From Candidatus Fermentibacterota bacterium (lineage in GTDB: Bacteria > JAFGKV01), in assembly GCA_016928395.1 (NCBI GenBank), contig JAFGKV010000143.1, forward strand, positions 1-63,148: a stretch of 63,148 nucleotides of DNA, given 5' to 3'. Below, piece by piece: positions 56,509 to 63,148 of the stretch (its first letter is position 1; every line of letters starts with the position of its first letter). The notes beneath the pieces were generated by a model. That model saw nothing but the letters and a program-made list of their open reading frames with translations. It was not told the DNA's origin and made no database searches. The position numbers and the translations under genes are program-made.

Positions 56509-58974
56509 GTGGATCAGTCCGTAACCATCGTCATTCCCAGCCATGACGGCCTTGAGCTGCTGAAGCAGAGCATTCCCTCGCTGCTGCAAATGCACTGCAG
56601 CCGCGACTCTTTCTCTGTGCTTGTGGTGGACAACGGGTCCGGCGACAAGACCGTCGCGGCTATCCCTGCCCTTTTCCCCGGCGTGGAAGTCAGGGCCATG
56701 GGCCGCAATGCAGGGTTCGCCAGAGCCTGCAATGAGGGCGCGCGGCGTGCCTCGAGCCGGTACGTGGCCTTCCTCAACAATGATATGAAAGTGGATCGCG
56801 AGTGGCTTGCCCCTCTGGTGGCCGCGCTGGAGGAGTCGCCTGATGCCATCGCCGCGGGCAGCAAGGTGCTCTCGTGGGACGGCAAGACCGTTGATTTCGC
56901 AGGGGGTGATCTGAACTTCGAAGGTCGGGCCTTTCAGCGGGACTGGGGCACCGCCCATGACCCCGCGGCCTACGAAGCCTGCGACAGCATCTTCCTGAAT
57001 GGGGGCGCCATGCTCGTCCGGCGGGATGACTTCCTCCAGATCGGCGGATTCGACGAGGACTTTTTTGTCTACTACGAGGACGTGGACTTCGGCTGGCGGT
57101 CATGGATCCTGGGACGCACGCTGCGATGGATTCCCGAATCATTCACCTTTCATTATCATGGGGCTACGGCCGCACGGATGACGAAGGCCCAGAAGCGCTT
57201 CCTTCTGGAGAGAAACGCGCTGCTGGCCATGTACAAGAACTACGATGACGCCAGCGTGGGCAGGGCCATGAGCGCGGCACTCCTCATGGCCGGGGTGCGA
57301 AGCGTCTCGGGGGCCGACATTCAGCGCGCCGCCTTCCTCTTGACACCGCCATCTCCCCCTCAGGACACAGTGCGCCTTACCCCGGAGGGTGCCGCCCATC
57401 TGGCGGCAGTCACCTCGGCCATCGGTCTGCTGCCGGCCATGGCGTCGAAGCGCGCGTTCATCCAGTCCAACCGCAAGCGGAGCGATCGGGAGGTGCTGGA
57501 CAGATTCGGCAAGCCCATGGAGGCGATCCATCCCGGCCGCGACTATGCCAGGATCCAGCACGCAGTACTGGCAGGCTCGGGTCTGGCCCGCACGCTGGCG
57601 GGCAGAGCGCGACGGGTGCTGGTGGTGAGCCCCGATGTGTTACCCCTGGAAGGATTGCCCACGACGGGCGCGGGGCTTCGAGCCTGGGGCATCGGTCAAG
57701 GGCTTGAGACCAGTGGGTTCGACGTGCGCTTCAGCATGCCCAAAGCGGCCCTGGCATCCTATCCCTCCGTGGAGGCCGGAATCGCGGCGCTGGCCTGGGA
57801 TGAACGGAATCTTCCGGCGGTGGTCCATGCCAGCGGCGCCGATGTGGTCGTGGCCTGTGGATGGCCGCTGCTGGAACAGCTTGGAGACTGTCCGCGCCCC
57901 ATCGCGCTGGACTTCCATGGTCCTCATCTTCTGGAACGAACGATCCAGGGCCATTTAGATCTTGAGACCAATATTAGGACCAAACTTGGATGCATCGCCA
58001 GGGCCGACTACTTCACCTGCGCAGGAGACCGGCAGCGGTCGTATTTCATTCCGTGGCTTCTCATGGCAGGCATACCCTATCGGGACGACATGATCACCCA
58101 GGTGCCGGTTTCGCTGTCGCCCGAGATGCCGCCTCGGCGTGAGCATCTCTCGAGCGAACCGGTGTTCGTCTACGGCGGCGTGTTCCTGCCGTGGCAGGAT
58201 CCAGCCCTGGCGCTGACGGTGCTGGTGGAAGAGCTGGAACGCGCAGGCCGAGGCCGCTTGGATCTTTACGGAGGCAGACATCCTTTCATACCGCTGGATA
58301 CGCGGCGCTTCGAGGCTTTGGTGCGGCGGCTGGAGGGATCGGCCCGGGTCCACGCCCACGGCATGGTGGATCACGATCACCTGCTCCGGGCGTATGGTGA
58401 AGCCACCGTTGCCATGGATGTCATGGCCCGCAACCCTGAACGGGAGCTGGCCTTCACCACGCGTACAGTGGAGTATCTCTGGTGCGGCTTGCCGGTGATC
58501 TACAATAACTACGCTGATCTCGCCCATCTCATTCGCGAGTTCGACGCCGGGTGGGCAGTTGATCCGGATGATGCGGAGGCGATTCGCCGTGCGGTGCGGG
58601 CGGCACTCCACGACCCTTCAGAGATGGCTCGCAAAACGGGCAATGCCCGGCGAATGGTGGAGGCCCGCCTGACGTGGGACAAAGCGGTTGCACCTTTGGC
58701 CTCCTTCTGCGCCGAACCGGAGTTCCGGCCGCACATGACAACCCATGTCAGCTCATCGGCCGCGGTTGAACTCGCGGCTCTTCGCCGCGCGGTGTATGAC
58801 AAAGACGTGCACATCCGCAATATCGAGGCGATGCTCGCCCAACGGTCACGCCTGGCTCGATCTCGATACCTCCTGGGGCGCGTGAAGCACTACTACCAAA
58901 GGGAAGGCCCGGCAGCGGTGGTGGCGCGGAGTGTCGCCAAGGCCCGATTCCTGATGTCCTCGAGGCGCGGATGA
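56509..58974 (+). CDS. bifunctional GT2 + GT4-like glycosyltransferase
   Basis: N-terminal VDNGSGD/LNND/YEDVD; C-terminal YGGVFLPWQD and TRTVEYLWCGLPV. Confidence 0.85.
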   Translation: MDQSVTIVIPSHDGLELLKQSIPSLLQMHCSRDSFSVLVVDNGSGDKTVAAIPALFPGVEVRAMGRNAGFARACNEGARRASSRYVAFLNNDMKVDREWLAPLVAALEESPDAIAAGSKVLSWDGKTVDFAGGDLNFEGRAFQRDWGTAHDPAAYEACDSIFLNGGAMLVRRDDFLQIGGFDEDFFVYYEDVDFGWRSWILGRTLRWIPESFTFHYHGATAARMTKAQKRFLLERNALLAMYKNYDDASVGRAMSAALLMAGVRSVSGADIQRAAFLLTPPSPPQDTVRLTPEGAAHLAAVTSAIGLLPAMASKRAFIQSNRKRSDREVLDRFGKPMEAIHPGRDYARIQHAVLAGSGLARTLAGRARRVLVVSPDVLPLEGLPTTGAGLRAWGIGQGLETSGFDVRFSMPKAALASYPSVEAGIAALAWDERNLPAVVHASGADVVVACGWPLLEQLGDCPRPIALDFHGPHLLERTIQGHLDLETNIRTKLGCIARADYFTCAGDRQRSYFIPWLLMAGIPYRDDMITQVPVSLSPEMPPRREHLSSEPVFVYGGVFLPWQDPALALTVLVEELERAGRGRLDLYGGRHPFIPLDTRRFEALVRRLEGSARVHAHGMVDHDHLLRAYGEATVAMDVMARNPERELAFTTRTVEYLWCGLPVIYNNYADLAHLIREFDAGWAVDPDDAEAIRRAVRAALHDPSEMARKTGNARRMVEARLTWDKAVAPLASFCAEPEFRPHMTTHVSSSAAVELAALRRAVYDKDVHIRNIEAMLAQRSRLARSRYLLGRVKHYYQREGPAAVVARSVAKARFLMSSRRG

Positions 58975-60764
58975 GAGGTGCGCTTCTGGTCTGTGTGCTC
59001 CTGATTGGAGGATGTACCCGCCGCGAGGAGCATGTGTTCGTCGACCTGACGACAACCTTCTCGGATTCTCTGGTTTCAGGCGCCGAAGCCCGGCCGATAG
59101 CCGTCCGAATGGCGGGACGAACCTACCCTGCCATCGTGGCGCCCGGTGACGGTGCATTTCGGGCACGCGTGGTGGTGCCCCCCGACGCCCGTCTCACCTT
59201 TGCGCCCATGCTGCCTCCCGCCCTCCGGGGCAACGGCGATGTGACCTTCACGGTGTCAGGTCGCACCAGGGGGAGCGCGCCTGAGAAACTCTGGGAGGGA
59301 CACAAGACGTCCCGAAGCCGCAGACCCCGGGAGGTCAGCGTCGACCTGGGCCGCTACCGAGACGTCGCGGTTGAGCTGTGGTTCGAATCCAGTTCACCTC
59401 TGCCCCAGGACACGCCGGGAGCATGGGCCGTCTGGTGCATGCCGAGGGTGCTCTCCAGTGCCAAACCCCGTGGCTCTTCCAGTGTGGTGATCATCACCGT
59501 CGATGCGCTGCGGGCAGACCGCGTGGGCGCGTTCGGTGATACCCTGGCTCATACTCCCGTCATGGACGAGTTGGCGCACCAAGGCGTTATGTTCAGCGCG
59601 GCCTACTCCGCCTTCAATGTCACCAATCCCTCGCTGGCTTCGGTTTTCACCGGCCTCTATGGCAGAGACCACAGAGTGTACAACCTCAACACCCCGCTGG
59701 AGGGGAGATTCACCACCCTGGCAGAGATGCTGAAGGGGTACGGATATCGGACCGGTGCCGTGGTGGCTGTCCGTCATTTGGCCGCGGATATGTCCGGGCT
59801 CGATCAGGGGTTTGACAGCTTCCAGGCTCCGTCGGAGGGTGAGTGGCGGGCCGATGAGACGACGGAGAGGGCGTCCGAGTGGCTATGCAATCAGGGGAGT
59901 CATCCGTTCTTCCTGTGGGTGCACTACTTCGATCCGCACATGCTCTACACGCCGCCGGATTCCTTTGCCCGGATCTTTGCGCCCGAGGGTCCGATCGTGC
60001 CTGGAAGGGCAAACCTTGCCGACTCTTTGGCCGCCCGAACTGACCTCACACACCACGGCCCCGTCGGGACGGAGTGGTTGGCGGGAATGACCAATCCCGC
60101 GTACCCCGAGGCCATGTACCGCGGAGAGGTCGCGTTCGTTGACCAGCAGATCGGCAGGCTTCTGGCCGTGATCAATCAGCGGCTTCTGGCCTCACGAACC
60201 TTGATCGTCCTCACTGCGGATCACGGCGAATCCATGGGTGAGCATGACATCTTCTTCGACCATATCGGCTTGTACAGCCCCCAGGTTCATGTGCCCCTCA
60301 TCTTCCACGGGCCGGGCCTGGTGCCCCGGGGATACAGGCGAGACGACCTTGTGAGCACCGTGGACCTTGTTCCAACCATCATGGATCTGCTCTCCACCGC
60401 GCCCGCCCTTGAGGTCGGCGGCTTTTCCTTCGCCGGCAGTATCCTCAACGGAGCGAAAGGGCCGCGTGACATGGTGATCGCGCAGCACGCCGATCATAGG
60501 GCTGCAACCCTGCGCACCTCCGCGTGGTCCCTCCTGCGGGCGTGGCTTCCGTATTCGGTCGTACGGGTTGATACGTCGTTCTTCGATCTGACGTGCGACC
60601 CTGACGAGCTGGAGGATAAGTCCCGCACTGATCCTCGAGCCGCACGCATGGTGGCTGAGCTGCAGAGCTGGATGAACCGGGCCCGAGCCGGAGAGGCGCC
60701 CTCGGCGACCTTGGACGAGGCGGCGCGACGGCATCTGGTGGCCTTGGGGTATATGGAGGAGTAG
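58971..60764 (+). CDS. sulfatase-like hydrolase/transferase lipoprotein
   Basis: ITVDALRAD, TNPSLASVFTG, WVHYFDPH, TADHGE and LVALGY motifs. Confidence 0.85.
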   Translation: MRGALLVCVLLIGGCTRREEHVFVDLTTTFSDSLVSGAEARPIAVRMAGRTYPAIVAPGDGAFRARVVVPPDARLTFAPMLPPALRGNGDVTFTVSGRTRGSAPEKLWEGHKTSRSRRPREVSVDLGRYRDVAVELWFESSSPLPQDTPGAWAVWCMPRVLSSAKPRGSSSVVIITVDALRADRVGAFGDTLAHTPVMDELAHQGVMFSAAYSAFNVTNPSLASVFTGLYGRDHRVYNLNTPLEGRFTTLAEMLKGYGYRTGAVVAVRHLAADMSGLDQGFDSFQAPSEGEWRADETTERASEWLCNQGSHPFFLWVHYFDPHMLYTPPDSFARIFAPEGPIVPGRANLADSLAARTDLTHHGPVGTEWLAGMTNPAYPEAMYRGEVAFVDQQIGRLLAVINQRLLASRTLIVLTADHGESMGEHDIFFDHIGLYSPQVHVPLIFHGPGLVPRGYRRDDLVSTVDLVPTIMDLLSTAPALEVGGFSFAGSILNGAKGPRDMVIAQHADHRAATLRTSAWSLLRAWLPYSVVRVDTSFFDLTCDPDELEDKSRTDPRAARMVAELQSWMNRARAGEAPSATLDEAARRHLVALGYMEE

Positions 60765-60766
60765 TC

Positions 60767-61432
60767 GTGAAGAGGGCACTTGGGGTATCACTCGTGGCGC
60801 TTTCTCTGTTCTGTGGGTCAAAGGCCCGTGGCGACGACCTTCCCGGTGGGGTTACGGGGACCGTGTACGTGCAGGATGATTCCACTGACATGTGGGTTCC
60901 TCTCCAGGACGCAGTGGTGGTGGTGGCCGCCTCGGCTGAGGACAGTCTCGCCGTAGCCGGGGAAGGCAGCGTGATGGTCGATGACACGGGACTGCATCCC
61001 CGGATTCAGGTCGTGAAACCGGAAGGAACGCTCAAGGTCGTGTCGAGGAGTTCTTCGGTGCACCGGCTGCACGGGATCTCGGACAGTGGCCAGCGGGTCT
61101 TCTCGTTGGCGCTTACCATGCCTGGTTTAGAGATTCTCAAGAGGTTGACCGGCCCCGGCCTCGTGCGGCTCACATGCGATGAGGGGCATCTCAGCCAGCA
61201 ATCGGCGTACGTACTGGTCACGCCTCATGCCGGGTGGGCAGTGACTGATTCGAAGGGTCGCTACTTGATACCCGGCGTGCCGCCCTCTCCACGAGCCGTC
61301 CGAGCAGTGCATCCGGAAATCGGCAGCATGGTGGACTCAGTGGTAGTCACGCCCGCCCGTGCAGCCGAATGTGACTTCTACCTCATCCGGCTCGATCGAC
61401 CCCTGACGCGTCCAGACTCGGCTCGCGAGTGA
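60767..61432 (+). CDS. exported protein with cupredoxin-like and carboxypeptidase-regulatory-like domains
   Basis: Signal peptide; LTCDEGH..SAY; AVTDSKGRYLIPGVP. Confidence 0.6.
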   Translation: MKRALGVSLVALSLFCGSKARGDDLPGGVTGTVYVQDDSTDMWVPLQDAVVVVAASAEDSLAVAGEGSVMVDDTGLHPRIQVVKPEGTLKVVSRSSSVHRLHGISDSGQRVFSLALTMPGLEILKRLTGPGLVRLTCDEGHLSQQSAYVLVTPHAGWAVTDSKGRYLIPGVPPSPRAVRAVHPEIGSMVDSVVVTPARAAECDFYLIRLDRPLTRPDSARE

Positions 61433-62853
61433 CGCGCGGCTGTGCGCCTGTGACCGCCTTGAAGGCCCAGCGCCGTGTCGATTGCCTTCGAATTCCCGGC
61501 CCGGTACATGTGATGGGTGCCGGTGGCGCCGGAATGAGCGCCCTGGCAGAGCTTCTAGTGGACTGCGGTGTGCTGGTGACCGCGTGCGACCGTGTGCCCT
61601 CGTCCCGGCTGGACTCGTTGTCGCATCGAGGGATCAGGACCTGGATTGGGCATGATCCTGCGGATCATCTGGCCGGCGCTCGAACGGTGATCCACACTGC
61701 TGCCATCGGGCGTGATCACCCTGAACTGGCCGCCGCCAGGGCGCGACATCTGGGCGTGGTACCGCGATCCTTGGTACTGGGCCGCCTCAGCAGAGCAATC
61801 CGGTCGGTGTGCGTCGCCGGCAGCCATGGCAAGAGCACGGTCACGGCCCTCGTGGCCCATATCCTCGTCCTTGCGGGCCGTGAACCCGGCTACTTGATCG
61901 GTGGTGTACTCCAGGGACAGGATCGGGGAGGTGCCCTGGGCCGGGGTGAGGTGGTCGTGGTGGAAACCGACGAGTTTGACCGCAGCATCGAACGGGTTGC
62001 CCCGGCTCTGGCCGTCATCACCAACATCGAACCCGAGCACCTGGATATCTACGGGAGTCTCGACCGACTCACTGCGGCGTTCACCCGGTATGCCCGCCGT
62101 GCCTCCGGCGGCGTGGTGGTATGGAATGATGGTATGGCTGCCCGGGCCGTATCCTCGCTGCCGGCCGGGCGCGTTATCCGATGCGGCATGGGTTCCGGTG
62201 GCGATGTCACCTGTGCGGTCACCCGACGGTTTGGCCCCCGATTCCGCGTGGCGATTCGTCTGCCGGATGGCACCACGATCCACGCGAATCTGGCGCTTTC
62301 GGGGCTTCACAATGTCCAGAACGCTACCCTCGCCGCGGCGGTAGCCTGGCGGCGTGGCGTATCTTCTGAGACCATCGCCTCGGGTCTTGAGACCTACCCG
62401 GGATTGATGCGGCGCTTCGAGGTTCTGGGAACAGCCGGGGAATCGATGCTGATCAGCGATTATGCCCACCATCCCACCGAAATCCGCGCAACGCTGGCCA
62501 CCGCTGCCTTGTACGGCAAGCCTGTCGTGGCGGTGTTCCAGCCCCATTTGCACTCGCGTACGGCTCTGCTCTTTGACGACTTCGCCCGATCCTTCAACGC
62601 TGCCGCGCGTGTGGTCGTAACGCCGGTGTATGCGGCCAGAGAGACTCCCCTCCCGGGGATCACGGGCAAGCGGCTGGCCGAGGCCATACGGGCCCGGGGA
62701 ATCCCGGCGGAGCATGCGGAGCCGGGAGACGCCCTGCATTCACTACTCGCACCTCTGCCGGCATTGGGAGTGACCATGGTCTTCCTCTCAGCCGGCGATC
62801 TCGACGGATTCGCCCGGCAGTTCGCCGCAGAGGAGTGCGGCGCGGGGGGGTGA
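61429..62853 (+). CDS. murC: UDP-N-acetylmuramate--L-alanine ligase
   Basis: GAGGAGMSALA, GSHGKST, ETDEFD, NIEPEHLD, DYAHHPTEI and FQPH motifs. Confidence 0.88.
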   Translation: MTRGCAPVTALKAQRRVDCLRIPGPVHVMGAGGAGMSALAELLVDCGVLVTACDRVPSSRLDSLSHRGIRTWIGHDPADHLAGARTVIHTAAIGRDHPELAAARARHLGVVPRSLVLGRLSRAIRSVCVAGSHGKSTVTALVAHILVLAGREPGYLIGGVLQGQDRGGALGRGEVVVVETDEFDRSIERVAPALAVITNIEPEHLDIYGSLDRLTAAFTRYARRASGGVVVWNDGMAARAVSSLPAGRVIRCGMGSGGDVTCAVTRRFGPRFRVAIRLPDGTTIHANLALSGLHNVQNATLAAAVAWRRGVSSETIASGLETYPGLMRRFEVLGTAGESMLISDYAHHPTEIRATLATAALYGKPVVAVFQPHLHSRTALLFDDFARSFNAAARVVVTPVYAARETPLPGITGKRLAEAIRARGIPAEHAEPGDALHSLLAPLPALGVTMVFLSAGDLDGFARQFAAEECGAGG

Positions 62854-62870
62854 AGAGAGGACAGTCTACA

Positions 62871-63030
62871 GGGTTCAGGGTTCGGGGTTCAGTGCGGCCT
62901 CTGAGGTCACGGGATTCCCTCAGGTCTTTCGAGGTGGAGAGTACGGCCGGCAGTTGGCTCTCGGCTATCAGCTCACTCCTATCTCGGGGTCGCCGTCGGG
63001 ATCGCTATCGCTATCGCTATCGGAGTCGCA
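62871..63030. repeat. simple-repeat mosaic: GGGTTC(A/G) heptamers and (ATCGCT)x3
   Basis: AGGGTTCGGGGTTCAGT at 62877-62893 is identical to 17362-17378; hexamer array at 63001-63022. Confidence 0.75.
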
Positions 63031-63148
63031 GCTCCGCGTACGACTACGAAGTCGGGATGTACTCTCACACAAGTGGGGGCCCCGGGCTCGCCCGGACGAT
63101 ACATAGCGCAACTTCCACGCTTCCCCCCGTCATTGCCCGACTCGTTCG

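Noticed and set aside
1-63148. tRNA, rRNA, prophage or intact transposase genes
   Set aside because: None recognised on either strand

Overview
GC-rich bacterial chromosomal window. The gene repertoire (FlgD-Ig/FN3-tailed secreted proteins, DUF362, a DUF6754-type cluster) suggests an anaerobic FCB-superphylum candidate lineage; this is inference. The left end (1-3215) is a decayed integron: a dead intI remnant lies in the same orientation as its cassettes, followed by attI and four cassettes (cation transporter, phosphoribosyltransferase, adenosine deaminase, truncated D-cysteine desulfhydrase-like gene) with three attC sites. 3.6-20 kb is an accessory region with mntP, a terpene-cyclase-like protein, large secreted glycan-active proteins, a vapC relic, a UPF0175/DUF3368 toxin-antitoxin pair bracketed by 132-bp direct repeats of REP-like elements, a sigma54 promoter with a candidate enhancer, and a heptaheme cytochrome c/b fusion. 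20-63 kb holds envelope and glycan genes (flippase, several glycosyltransferases, rfbB, an MsbA-like exporter, a sulfatase-like protein, murC), mutS2, a radical SAM enzyme, a DUF6599-DUF362-polyferredoxin operon, an S8 protease and a four-gene uncharacterised membrane complex. The best candidates for undescribed systems are the DUF6754-type membrane complex (44689-47895), a C-terminal FN3-like tail shared by three unrelated exported proteins, and the DUF362 redox module. All family assignments come from motif recognition by eye; no searches were run.
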